Shown: piece after piece, positions 19,328-28,836 of the stretch
Position numbering within the stretch: position 1 is the first letter of the stretch
How the letters are laid out: each line of letters starts with the position of its first letter
From: Chloroflexota bacterium
GTDB lineage: Bacteria > Chloroflexota > UBA6077 > FW602-bin22 > JBCLEL01
Direction of reading: 5' to 3'
Assembly (NCBI GenBank): GCA_965262895.1
Contig: OZ253568.1
Coordinates: 3,086,479 to 3,150,478, forward strand
Length of the DNA stretch: 64,000 bases
Translations under genes and position numbers: made by a program
The notes under the pieces: model-generated
Databases searched by the model: none
The model's input: the letters and a program-made list of their open reading frames with translations, nothing else
Told to the model about the DNA's origin: nothing

Positions 19328-19603
19328 ATGGCTTTGCGGTCGCTGTTGGCGCTACTGTCCGGACTGCTGATTCTATCGACTGCTTGCCGTGCGCCGGCTT
19401 CCGCGCCTGGTCCAACCGAAGTGCCTCCGACTCCCATTTCCGCACCGGCTCCAACGGACGCACCTGCATTGAATGCGACAGTGACACCCTCTCCTGCCAA
19501 CGAATACCAAGATTCCGATTGCCCATGCGAAGGCGACAACGGCTTTCACAGACACCCCAGCACCGTGTACCAACACGCCGATGCCGTTGTCTACGCCGGA
19601 TGA
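19328..19603 (+). CDS. small Pro/Thr/Ala-rich putative lipoprotein
   Basis: MALRSLLALLSGLLILSTAC signal/lipobox-like N-terminus followed by a low-complexity linker. No homology recognised. Confidence 0.35.
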   Translation: MALRSLLALLSGLLILSTACRAPASAPGPTEVPPTPISAPAPTDAPALNATVTPSPANEYQDSDCPCEGDNGFHRHPSTVYQHADAVVYAG

Positions 19604-19707
19604 ATCGGCTAAATGAACCGGAGGAAATGCGCTATCCTAGAGCGCCCAAATCGAGGACGTACTGGGGATTTCTTTCTCAAACGCCAACTTAAACTAGGAG
19701 CAACGTT

Positions 19708-20505
19708 GTGTTATCCAGGGAACAGCTAGCTTTCTTCGAAACGTTCGGGTTTCTTGTAGTGCCACAATCATTTGTACAGAAGGAGACGGACGCAATCAGT
19801 CAGGAGTTCGATGGAATACTTGAGCGAGACCGGCGGGGAGAACCCTTTTCTGAGACGAAGCGACAGGTGATTTACGGGTTCTACGAGAAAAGCCCTTTGC
19901 TGATGGCCTTGCTTGACGATGACCGTATCTACGAAGCGGCCGGGCAGTTGTTGGGGCCGGGATTCTCTTGGTTGGTCTCGGAGGGAAACCTGTTTGTCGG
20001 GGATACACGGTGGCACCCGGACGGCACGAGGCTGGATTTTGCTCCGCTCAAGATAACGATGTACCTTGACCATCTCACCTCCGACACAGGGTGTCTTCGG
20101 GTGATTCCAGGTTCGCACTGCCTGCCCTTTCACGAAGACCTCAAGCCGTCGCCTACGCACGACCGACCGAGGAGCTACGACAAATTCGGAGTGAGTGGGA
20201 CCGAAGTGCCTTCCTTTCCGCTTGAGACGCAACCCGGCGACCTTATATTCCTGAACATGAACCTCTGGCATGCAGCCTTTGGTGGCCGTCCCGGCCGCCG
20301 TCAGCTATCGGTGATCTTCACCCCAGAGCCCAGCACCGAACAACATGTTGAGATTATGCGGCGGAACTATGAGCACAACATCGCGGAAATCGGCAGGTAT
20401 CAATGGTCTCCGCCTGGCTCAATCATTGATGACGCGCTCTTGACCAGTGAAAGTCCTCGGGTGCGCGGACTCGTGTCAAAGTGGATCGAGCTTGGTCTGA
20501 AGTAG
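19708..20505 (+). CDS. phytanoyl-CoA dioxygenase (PhyH) family Fe(II)/2OG oxygenase
   Basis: 265 aa with ..WHPDG.. and ..LWHAA.. motifs typical of the PhyH family. Confidence 0.85.
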   Translation: MLSREQLAFFETFGFLVVPQSFVQKETDAISQEFDGILERDRRGEPFSETKRQVIYGFYEKSPLLMALLDDDRIYEAAGQLLGPGFSWLVSEGNLFVGDTRWHPDGTRLDFAPLKITMYLDHLTSDTGCLRVIPGSHCLPFHEDLKPSPTHDRPRSYDKFGVSGTEVPSFPLETQPGDLIFLNMNLWHAAFGGRPGRRQLSVIFTPEPSTEQHVEIMRRNYEHNIAEIGRYQWSPPGSIIDDALLTSESPRVRGLVSKWIELGLK

Positions 20506-20619
20506 ATAATAGGCCTATCCCACAGACTAACAGAATTAGGCGCCGCTGCCGGGTCAGAGCACCGAATCGTCGGACCTTACTATTGGAGAGCCAGTTGATC
20601 GTCCTACTGGAGGAGCCCT

Positions 20620-20640
20620 GTAACTGTTCAGACTTAGGGG
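20620..20640. repeat. solo MITE terminus
   Basis: GTAACTGTTCAGACTTAGGGG matches the left end of the MITE family. The sequence diverges after it. Confidence 0.4.
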
Positions 20641-20664
20641 GACTGGTCTTGCGAGCCTCATTGC

Positions 20665-20830
20665 AGTGAAAATGGACGGTTCCCGTCGCGCCCGCGAGTC
20701 CTGTCGTTGCTACTTAGAATAGGTCCCCGCCATTCGCTGCGTCATACCTTCCTCCCACGCGGTCTTTCCGGCGAAAGCATGCCCCGTACGCCGATACGGG
20801 GCCGGAATCCAGAAGGAGAGGGGAGAGGCA
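20665..20830. repeat. REP-like hairpin cluster (G, E+C)
   Basis: Contains ATGGACGGTTCCCGTCGCGCCCGC and GAAAGCATGCCCCGTACGCCGATACGGGGCCGGAATCCAGAAGGAGAGGGG. Confidence 0.6.
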
Positions 20831-21092
20831 GGACCGCCATACGACAGCAAGAGACCCGGCGTCCCAGCATACTCATCCTCTTATGTGGCCTTCGCGAGGC
20901 CGTGGTGAACGCCGGCAAAAATCCGGACACGACGTCGAGTGACTGATGAGGACCAATTACACGCGAGCTTAAAGCCCGTGACGGATTTGTTCGTACACTG
21001 ACACACGTGCGCTATTATGGCTGATATTTGCCGCAAGACCGATACTGGTGGACCAGGATGGCGAAGAGGCTGGATCCTGGACGTGAGATACG

Positions 21093-22010
21093 ATGCAAGA
21101 TTTCGTTGCTTACTTCAACGGTGAATGGCTTCCTCACAGCGAGTGCAAGCTGCACATAGACGATCGTGGCGTCCGTTTGGGCGACGCAGTCTACGATGTA
21201 GAACGCACCTTTGATGGCAAGATCTTCGACCTCGCAGGCCACATTGACCGATTCTATCGGTCACTTGGATACGTGCGGATCGATCCCGGCCTGACCAAAG
21301 ACGAGATGGCGGAGATCACTCTCGAAGTCGTGAGACGTAACGATCATCTGCGCACCGCCGGCAACGACTTCATGATCCGCCAAATAGTTACCGGAGGATC
21401 AGCTTGGTCTGTAGCGGATCGTAACCGACCCAACGTGTACGTTGGGGCCGGCTATCTGAACTTCAAGCGCTTCGCTCACCTGTACGAACAAGGGTGTCAC
21501 GTCGTCTTCGCTCGAACCCGCGCCTATCATCCCACCTCAGTTGACCCCAAAGTGAAGCACTACAGCCGTCTGAATTTCGTTCTAGCAGAGCTGGAGACCA
21601 TTGACGTAGATCCTGGGGCGTGGCCTGTTCTCCTTGATCATGATGGGAACATCTCGGAAGGCACTACTTTCAACTTCGGTCTGGTAAAGGATGGCATCAT
21701 ATATACCGCCGGCGACCGCAATGCTCTTCAAGGGATATCTCAGAACGTGATAAGGAGGCTGGCCCAAGATCTGGGAATACAAGCAATCGAAGGTGAGCTG
21801 CAGCCTTACGATGCTTATTCTGCCGACGAAGCGTTCGTGTTGGCCTCGAGCTATTGCCTGCTACCCGTGTCCAAAGTGGACAATCGGCCGTTGAAGGCCG
21901 AGACTCCAGGCCCTGTCGTAAGACGCTTGCTCCAAGCGTGGAGCGAACTGGTAGGTGTCGATATCGTCGAACAGGCGCGACAACAGGCCGGGATCAGTGC
22001 CCCGGCTTAG
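21093..22010 (+). CDS. class IV aminotransferase (branched-chain / D-amino-acid aminotransferase family)
   Basis: 305 aa. FDG..FDL..H..R.. N-terminal pattern, ..KHYSRLN.. and ..EGTTFNF.. motifs. Confidence 0.85.
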   Translation: MQDFVAYFNGEWLPHSECKLHIDDRGVRLGDAVYDVERTFDGKIFDLAGHIDRFYRSLGYVRIDPGLTKDEMAEITLEVVRRNDHLRTAGNDFMIRQIVTGGSAWSVADRNRPNVYVGAGYLNFKRFAHLYEQGCHVVFARTRAYHPTSVDPKVKHYSRLNFVLAELETIDVDPGAWPVLLDHDGNISEGTTFNFGLVKDGIIYTAGDRNALQGISQNVIRRLAQDLGIQAIEGELQPYDAYSADEAFVLASSYCLLPVSKVDNRPLKAETPGPVVRRLLQAWSELVGVDIVEQARQQAGISAPA

Positions 22011-22873
22011 CGTCCGGCGAATGCCCGCTCCTTGACCTGCGAGTGGAGCTCGAAGATGGTGCCAGTCCTCGCCGGTTTCGGCAGCGGCAGCCTGACCTTC
22101 GTCATACTAGTCATGCGGTACTCGTGAGTTGGCTCGCCGCGCACGATAGTCCGGTCATACTCGTCGAGATCTCCAACGCCCGCAAGCGGCCACGCATCTA
22201 CCGCGGTGTACTGGTAGAACAGCAGCCGGCGCGCATTCGATGAGCGGTTGGGCGCTGATGCGTGAAGTGTACCGCAATGATGGATCGTTAACCCACCTGC
22301 CTTCACTTGCACTGGCACCGCCTTGCTTAGGTCCACGTTCTCACGGCTCGGGGAGATAGCGCCCACGAAGACGCCGTCCTGATGCTCGTCGTAGATCGTC
22401 CCCTTGTGAGAGCCGGGAATGACCAGCAAGCAGCCATTTTCCAAGGTGCAATCGTCTAGCGCGACACCCACCGCCACGAGATCGTCATTGGTGTGCGGGT
22501 AGTGGGCGAAGTCTTGATGCCATTCGATTGGGCTGCCCACTTCGGCCACCTTCATGTTCAGTTTGTCTCCTTGGAAACGGATGTCGGGGCCAATCAACGG
22601 ACTTATGAGATCCAAGATCGCATCGGAACGCATCAAGCCGTCGAAGAACGGATGCCACTTGCTTGGCGTCTTTAGACGCCTCAATAGCGGTCGTTCGGGA
22701 GTATGCTCTGGTTCCAGGTCAAAAATCTCGGAATGCTCGGAGACTTCCCGCGATTTTTCGACGAACTCATCGACGACGCGACGAGCCTCCTCTAGTTCCG
22801 AAGGTGTGAGGACATTCTCCACTCCCAGGTAGCCGTGGGTCCGATAGTACTCAATTTGGTCGAGCGTAAGCAT
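22007..22873 (-). CDS. phytanoyl-CoA dioxygenase (PhyH) family oxygenase
   Basis: 288 aa with ..WHQDFAHYPH.. and ..HHCGTLHAS.. motifs. Convergent with the aminotransferase and overlaps it by 4 nt. Confidence 0.85.
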   Translation of the reverse strand: MLTLDQIEYYRTHGYLGVENVLTPSELEEARRVVDEFVEKSREVSEHSEIFDLEPEHTPERPLLRRLKTPSKWHPFFDGLMRSDAILDLISPLIGPDIRFQGDKLNMKVAEVGSPIEWHQDFAHYPHTNDDLVAVGVALDDCTLENGCLLVIPGSHKGTIYDEHQDGVFVGAISPSRENVDLSKAVPVQVKAGGLTIHHCGTLHASAPNRSSNARRLLFYQYTAVDAWPLAGVGDLDEYDRTIVRGEPTHEYRMTSMTKVRLPLPKPARTGTIFELHSQVKERAFAGR

Positions 22874-23092
22874 GAACGAAACTCCACACTGGTTGGATCG
22901 CGTTTACACCGCAATCACACTAATTCTTTGATGACACGTCTCGCGCCACGGCAGCGTCTTTGCATGCCGTGGAAGACTCCGAGTAACCATAATACCATAA
23001 CGCTCCAATAAATCCGCCTTGTGCCACTTACATTCAAATGACCCCACGTCTGGCCTTGCTATTCCCTGTGCCCGGTTGGGTCCAGACGGCCA

Positions 23093-23101
23093 TGGTAAGA
23101 T
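23093..23101 (+). promoter_or_regulatory. candidate extended -10 (TGgTAAGAT) for the stand-alone Clp N-domain gene
   Basis: The same TGnTAAGAT element recurs exactly 516 bp downstream, before clpC. Assignment is by sequence pattern only. Confidence 0.3.
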
Positions 23102-23160
23102 GAGTTGCGAACTGCGACCGGCTGCGAGCGGCGCACTTCTTGTAACCCGGGGGAAGCTCA

Positions 23161-23595
23161 TTGGCGGATAGATTCGACAAATTCACCGAGCCTGCGGTAA
23201 AAGTTCTCACCTTAGCGCAGGAAGAGGCGCAGCACTGCAACCGCAACTACATAGGCACTGAGCACCTACTGCTAGGCCTCGTCCGCGAACGCGAGGGCGT
23301 CGCGGCTAGGGTGCTGGCAGATATGGGGGTAGAGTTGTCGAAAATGCGCTTGGCGATCGAATTCATCATCGGTCGCGGCGACCGAATGGTGATGGGCGAA
23401 ACTGGACTAACCCCGCCTGCCAAGAAGGTCATAGAGCTTGCGGTTGATGAGGCCCGCCGGCTGAACCACCGCTATATCGGTACCGAGCATATTCTGCTCG
23501 GTTTGGTCCGAGAGGGTGAAGGAATCGCCGCCGGCGTCTTGGAGGCTTTGGGAGTTAGCCTCGACAAGGTGCGCGCGCAGGTAATGCTCGTTTGA
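23161..23595 (+). CDS. stand-alone Clp N-terminal (double Clp_N repeat) domain protein, ClpC2-like
   Basis: 144 aa. About 15 substitutions over the first 141 residues compared with the ClpC N-domain encoded 516 bp downstream. TTG start and the same 5' leader as clpC. Confidence 0.85.
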   Translation: MADRFDKFTEPAVKVLTLAQEEAQHCNRNYIGTEHLLLGLVREREGVAARVLADMGVELSKMRLAIEFIIGRGDRMVMGETGLTPPAKKVIELAVDEARRLNHRYIGTEHILLGLVREGEGIAAGVLEALGVSLDKVRAQVMLV

Positions 23596-23608
23596 CTGTT
23601 GCCGGCCG

Positions 23609-23617
23609 TGTTAAGAT
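23609..23617 (+). promoter_or_regulatory. candidate extended -10 (TGtTAAGAT) for clpC
   Basis: Duplicate of the element at 23093-23101. A TTGACT hexamer lies upstream. Confidence 0.3.
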
Positions 23618-23676
23618 TAACTGCGAATCGCGACCGGCTGCGAGCGGCGCACTTTTTGTAACCCGGGGGAAGCTCA

Positions 23677-26133
23677 TTGGCGGATAGATTCGATAAATTC
23701 ACCGAGCGAGCCAGAAAAGTTCTCACCTTAGCGCAAGAAGAGGCGCAGCGCTTCAACCACAACTACATAGGTACGGAGCACCTACTCCTGGGCCTTGTCC
23801 GCGAAGGCGAAGGTGTCGCGGCTAAAGTGCTGGCAAATATGGGAGTAGAGCTATCGAAAGTGCGCTCGGCGGTCGAATTTATCATCGGTCGCGGCGACCG
23901 GATGGTAATGGGCGAGATTGGACTAACTCCCCGTGCCAAGAAGGTCATAGAACTTGCCGTTGACGAAGCCCGCCGGCTGAACCATCACTACATCGGCACC
24001 GAGCATATTCTGCTCGGCTTGGTCCGAGAGGGTGAAGGAATTGCCGCCGGCGTCTTGGAGAGTCTCGGAGTCAGCCTCGATAAGGTTCGCGCACAGGTCA
24101 TCCACCTTCTCAGCCAAAGTTCTACATACACGCAGCATGAGTCCCGCCAGCCGACCAGAACTCCGACAATCGACCAGATGGGAATTGACCTGACTGCGGC
24201 TGCTAGGTCCGGCAAGCTCGACCCCGTCATCGGTAGGTTGACCGAAATCGAGCGCGTGGTTCAGATTCTTTCGCGTCGTACCAAGAACAATCCTGCCTTG
24301 ATTGGCGAGCCCGGCGTTGGGAAGACAGCCATCGTCGAAGGACTGGCCCAGCGCATAGTGGCCGGCGACGTCCCCGAGACTTTGACAGGAAAGAGGCTGC
24401 TCACTCTCGACATCGGGTCGTTGGTTGCCGGTACCAAGTATCGGGGAGAGTTCGAAGAACGGCTAAAGAAGATCGTTGAAGAAATCCGGACCGCCGGCAA
24501 CTGCGTCATGTTCATCGATGAGCTTCACACACTAGTGGGAGCCGGCGCTGCCGAGGGCGCGGTCGATGCCGCCAACATACTCAAGCCGTCGCTTGCGCGT
24601 GGTGATCTCCAGTGCATAGGCGCGACTACTCTTGATGAGTACCGAAAGTACATTGAGCGCGACGCCGCTTTGGAGCGCCGTTTTCAGCCGGTCACCGTTG
24701 AAGAACCCACAATCGAAGAGACGATCGCTATTCTGAAGGGTATCAAGGAGCGGTACGAGGCGCACCACCGGCTCGAGATATCCGAGGAAGCTATCCAAGC
24801 TGCCGCCGACTTGGCAGCCCGCTACATCGCCGACCGATTCCTTCCGGATAAGGCGATCGATTTGGTTGATGAGGCATCTTCTCGTGTCCGACTCAAGAAG
24901 TCGAAAGCGCCACCCTCTCTGAAAGATGCGTTAAAAGGACTCGAGGCGGTCCAGCGCGAAAAAGAGGCGGCTATCAGTGCCCAGCAGTATGAGTTGGCAG
25001 CCGATCTGCGCGACCGCGAGGTCAAGTTGCGGGAAAAGATCGACGCACTGGAGGCAGGCTGGCAAGAGACGCAAGCGGCCGGTAAAACGGTCGTCACCGG
25101 AGAGCATATCGCCGAAGTTGTCTCTATGTGGACTGGTGTCCCAGTTACCAGGATTGCTATGGAGGAGTCCGAGCGCCTGCTTCAAATGGAAGATGCGTTG
25201 CACAAACGTGTCGTCGGTCAACAGGAAGCCATCGTGACGATCTCCCGCGCCGTGCGGCGGGCCCGCGCCGGCCTTAAAGATCCTAAACGTCCAATCGGTT
25301 CGTTCATCTTTCTTGGCCCTACCGGAGTTGGCAAGACGGAGCTGGCACGCGCCTTGGCCGAGTTTTTGTTCGGCAGCGAAGAAAACATGATCAAGATCGA
25401 CATGTCGGAGTTCATGGAGCGCCATTCGGTAGCCCGCTTGGTTGGCGCGCCCCCCGGTTACGTCGGGTACGATGAGGGCGGACAGCTTACCGAGGCCGTT
25501 CGACGCAAGGGATATTCGGTCGTACTGCTGGATGAGATCGAGAAGGCACATCCCGAAGTCTTCAACATGCTCCTTCAGGTAATGGAAGATGGCCGCCTGA
25601 CCGATGCCAAAGGCCGCAAGGTTGACTTCCGCAACACGATTATCGTGATGACGTCGAACGTCGGCGCCGATTTAATCAAGAGGGACACGACGCTTGGGTT
25701 CACGGCGCGCGGCTCAGAAGCGAGTAATTCAGAAAGCGCCTACGTGAAAATGAAAGAGAAGGTATTGGGCGAGCTGAAGAAGACGTTTAGGCCCGAGTTC
25801 ATGAATAGGATTGATTCGGTGGTGGTATTCCGCGCGCTGAACAAGGAAGAAATCCGGGCAATCGTCGATATATTGATGGGCCGGGTGCGTGCCCAGCTCA
25901 TTGAACAGAAAATAACCCTCGAAGTCGACGATGAAGCGAAGGATCTGTTGGCCGAGAAGGGGTGGGATCCGCAATTCGGCGCCCGGCCTCTGCGGCGGAC
26001 TATCCAAAATATGATCGAAGATGAGCTTGCGGAACAGCTGTTGCAGGGGAAAATCAAGCAAGGATCATCCGTCAAGGTCACGGTCAAGGACGACAAGCTT
26101 GAGATGAAGGAGGTCGAGCTCGTAGGAGTTTGA
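23677..26133 (+). CDS. clpC: ATP-dependent Clp protease ATPase subunit ClpC
   Basis: 818 aa. Clp_N repeats, two AAA+ modules ([16 protein letters not shown]) and a UVR-like middle domain. Confidence 0.95.
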   Translation: MADRFDKFTERARKVLTLAQEEAQRFNHNYIGTEHLLLGLVREGEGVAAKVLANMGVELSKVRSAVEFIIGRGDRMVMGEIGLTPRAKKVIELAVDEARRLNHHYIGTEHILLGLVREGEGIAAGVLESLGVSLDKVRAQVIHLLSQSSTYTQHESRQPTRTPTIDQMGIDLTAAARSGKLDPVIGRLTEIERVVQILSRRTKNNPALIGEPGVGKTAIVEGLAQRIVAGDVPETLTGKRLLTLDIGSLVAGTKYRGEFEERLKKIVEEIRTAGNCVMFIDELHTLVGAGAAEGAVDAANILKPSLARGDLQCIGATTLDEYRKYIERDAALERRFQPVTVEEPTIEETIAILKGIKERYEAHHRLEISEEAIQAAADLAARYIADRFLPDKAIDLVDEASSRVRLKKSKAPPSLKDALKGLEAVQREKEAAISAQQYELAADLRDREVKLREKIDALEAGWQETQAAGKTVVTGEHIAEVVSMWTGVPVTRIAMEESERLLQMEDALHKRVVGQQEAIVTISRAVRRARAGLKDPKRPIGSFIFLGPTGVGKTELARALAEFLFGSEENMIKIDMSEFMERHSVARLVGAPPGYVGYDEGGQLTEAVRRKGYSVVLLDEIEKAHPEVFNMLLQVMEDGRLTDAKGRKVDFRNTIIVMTSNVGADLIKRDTTLGFTARGSEASNSESAYVKMKEKVLGELKKTFRPEFMNRIDSVVVFRALNKEEIRAIVDILMGRVRAQLIEQKITLEVDDEAKDLLAEKGWDPQFGARPLRRTIQNMIEDELAEQLLQGKIKQGSSVKVTVKDDKLEMKEVELVGV

Positions 26134-26159
26134 TCAGGGCGATTCACGACCTTCTTGAA

Positions 26160-26187
26160 GGGAGACGCTGCGAGTCTCCCTTTTTTT
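26160..26187 (+). terminator. Rho-independent terminator after clpC
   Basis: GGGAGAC-GCTGCGA-GTCTCCC hairpin followed by TTTTTTT. Confidence 0.7.
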
Positions 26188-26208
26188 CTGTCCATAAGGC
26201 GCAAATTG

Positions 26209-27591
26209 ATGGCTAGTGGTCGACCCAAGCGACGTGTCATCTACGTCTGCCAGCAGTGCGAAGCGCAGGCTCCCCAATGGCTCGGGCGATGCCCCGAGTG
26301 CGGCGAATGGAACACACTGTTGGAGACCCCCGAGCCGCGGCCGCCGGCTCCCGGCCCGTTAGCGACGAATAGCTCGGGCTCCACTCCTGTTGCTCTGGAC
26401 GACGTTATCTTGCAGGACACGCCCCGCATCAGCACGTCTATTGCCGAACTCGACCGAGTGCTAGGGGGCGGTATCGTACATGGATCGGTCATACTGCTAG
26501 GCGGTGATCCCGGGATTGGCAAGTCCACGCTCGCTTTGCAGGTAGCAGCGGGAATGGCAGGTCGAGATCAACCGATTCTTTACGTTTCCGGGGAAGAATC
26601 GACTGGTCAGATCGTGATGCGCGCCAAGAGAGTCGCTGCCACCAACACCAACATTCTTGCCCTCTCCGAAACCTCCCTGGACCAATTGGTCCCACAGATA
26701 AGGCAGATCCGGCCCGCGCTCTTGATAATAGATTCGATCCAAGCGGTGTACTTGGAAAGCCTGTCCGCAGCAGCTGGGAGTACAAGCCAGGTGCGAGAGT
26801 GTGCAATGGCGTTGCTTCGCTTAGCCAAGGAGTCGGTCATACCGACGATCATCATCGGGCACGTAACCAAAGAGGGAGCCATAGCCGGGCCTCGCGCGTT
26901 AGAGCACATAGTAGACGTCGTGCTTTATCTGGAGGGCGAACGATTTCATAGCTATAGGCTATTGCGTGGTGTGAAAAACCGCTTCGGTTCGACGAACGAG
27001 GTTGGCGTTTTCGAAATGCTAGGTGATGGTCTCAAAGAAGTTAAGAATCCCTCACATGTTTTCCTTGCGGAACGCCCTGCAGGCGCGGCCGGATCTACGG
27101 TTGCCGTGACTGTCGAGGGTACTCGTCCAATGCTGGTTGAGGTTCAGGCACTGGCGACCTACAGCCCCCTCGCGGTTCCTCGTCGCACCGTCAACGGTGC
27201 CGACATGAATCGATTGCAGCTCATCATTGCGGTGTTGACGAAACGAGTGGGGCTTGGCCTGGTCAATCAGGATATCTACGTGAACGTAGTCGGTGGACTG
27301 CATGTTGAGGAGCCGGCTGCCGATCTTGCGGTAGCGCTGGCAATCGCTTCGAGCTTCCGCGACCGACCGGTCGCCGGCGATTTGGTCGCGATTGGAGAAG
27401 TCGGTCTCGCCGGCGAGTTGAGAAGGGTCTCCCACTTGGAGCGGCGGCTCACCGAGGCGTCGAAACTTGGCTTCACTCGATGCATCCTTCCAAGTGGGGC
27501 CGCGGGTGGATTGCCGGCACCGGCGAATTTGAACCTCCTGAGGTGCGCAACGTTGGCCGAGGCGTTGGAGGCGGCATGGCAGATGGTATGA
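26209..27591 (+). CDS. radA: DNA repair protein RadA
   Basis: C4 zinc finger CQQCEAQAPQWLGRCPECGEW, Walker A GGDPGIGKST, KNRFG motif and a Lon-like C-terminal domain. The ATG at 26209 lies downstream of the clpC terminator. Confidence 0.95.
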   Translation: MASGRPKRRVIYVCQQCEAQAPQWLGRCPECGEWNTLLETPEPRPPAPGPLATNSSGSTPVALDDVILQDTPRISTSIAELDRVLGGGIVHGSVILLGGDPGIGKSTLALQVAAGMAGRDQPILYVSGEESTGQIVMRAKRVAATNTNILALSETSLDQLVPQIRQIRPALLIIDSIQAVYLESLSAAAGSTSQVRECAMALLRLAKESVIPTIIIGHVTKEGAIAGPRALEHIVDVVLYLEGERFHSYRLLRGVKNRFGSTNEVGVFEMLGDGLKEVKNPSHVFLAERPAGAAGSTVAVTVEGTRPMLVEVQALATYSPLAVPRRTVNGADMNRLQLIIAVLTKRVGLGLVNQDIYVNVVGGLHVEEPAADLAVALAIASSFRDRPVAGDLVAIGEVGLAGELRRVSHLERRLTEASKLGFTRCILPSGAAGGLPAPANLNLLRCATLAEALEAAWQMV

Positions 27592-28265
27592 CCGCGGACC
27601 TTACTGCGGTCATTCTCGCGGCCGGCCAAAGTCGGCGATTGGGCTGCGACAAGTTGCTCTTGCCCATAGCGAAACGCCCTGTCATAGCTTGGACTCTCGA
27701 CGCTTTCTCACGCAGCCACCTGGTGAGCCGGATTGTACTGGTCATATCCGAACGTAATCGCCGATTCTGCTCGGACCTGTTAGAACAAATGGGAATTGTT
27801 GACCGGACACACCTAGTTGTTGGTGGGAATCGCCGGCAAGATTCCGCTCGGACCGGCCTTCTGGCTGCCAGAACCGAATGGATAGCGGTACACGATGGTG
27901 CCCGCCCCTTCACCAGTGGAGATCTGATTGAGCGAGGATTCCAGGCTGCTCAGTCTACCGGCGCTGCCGTACCCTGCCTGCCAGTAACCGACACTGTCAA
28001 ACGGGTAGATAGCCAGGGCAGAGTCGTCGAGACTCTCAAGCGGTCCGAATTGGTGTCGGTCCAGACGCCGCAGTTCTTTCGTCGGGATCTCTTGCTCGCC
28101 GCAGTTATGTCCGCCGGCGACGACGTGACCGACGATAGCTCATTGGTCGAAGCGATGGGTTCGCGAGTCCAAACGTTCAGTGGCGAGCCGTCGAACATCA
28201 AGATCACCAAGACAGAAGATATTAAACTGGCCGAAATGATCGCCGCTAAAGTGTTGGTCCGATGA
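27588..28265 (+). CDS. ispD: 2-C-methyl-D-erythritol 4-phosphate cytidylyltransferase
   Basis: ..AVILAAGQSRRLG.. and ..VHDGARP.. motifs. The ATG overlaps the radA stop (ATGA). Confidence 0.9.
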   Translation: MTADLTAVILAAGQSRRLGCDKLLLPIAKRPVIAWTLDAFSRSHLVSRIVLVISERNRRFCSDLLEQMGIVDRTHLVVGGNRRQDSARTGLLAARTEWIAVHDGARPFTSGDLIERGFQAAQSTGAAVPCLPVTDTVKRVDSQGRVVETLKRSELVSVQTPQFFRRDLLLAAVMSAGDDVTDDSSLVEAMGSRVQTFSGEPSNIKITKTEDIKLAEMIAAKVLVR

Positions 28266-28765
28266 TGAGGGCGGGCATAGGCAATGACATTCACCGATTG
28301 ATCGCCGGCTCCAAACTCATCCTGGGCGGTGTCGACGTGCCATTCGACAAGGGACCCGACGCTCACTCCGATGGCGACGTTGCCATTCACGCCCTGATAG
28401 ATGCACTCCTGGGAGCCGCCGGCCTCGGAGATATCGGCACGCACTTCCCGGATAGCGAACCGCGTTATCGCGGGGCTTCGAGCATCGACCTGCTGCGACG
28501 CTGCATCGAACTGTTGAGTGAGGCTGGATTCCGGCCCCACAATGTTGACATTTCGATATTGATTGAACGGCCCCGGCTGGCGCCCTACCTGGGCCTGATG
28601 GTCGAGCGAATCGCCGCCGTGCTGGAGTTGCCGGCAAATCGAGTCAATATCAAGGCGGGGACAAACGAAGGCATGGACGCGATAGGTCGCGGAGAAGCAG
28701 TTGCCGCCCTGGCTGTCGTCACCGTAATCGGAGGACATACCCAATTCGAAGATTCATCTACCTGA
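28262..28765 (+). CDS. ispF: 2-C-methyl-D-erythritol 2,4-cyclodiphosphate synthase
   Basis: ..GIGNDIHRL.., ..HSDGDV..HAL.DA.LGA.. and ..DIG..FP.. motifs. Confidence 0.95.
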   Translation: MMRAGIGNDIHRLIAGSKLILGGVDVPFDKGPDAHSDGDVAIHALIDALLGAAGLGDIGTHFPDSEPRYRGASSIDLLRRCIELLSEAGFRPHNVDISILIERPRLAPYLGLMVERIAAVLELPANRVNIKAGTNEGMDAIGRGEAVAALAVVTVIGGHTQFEDSST

Positions 28766-28836
28766 TCTATTCGTCGCCGATTTATGCGACTTGCCTCCCG
28801 TCCGAAAACCACCTCCGAGGTTGAGGAACCTTCCGG

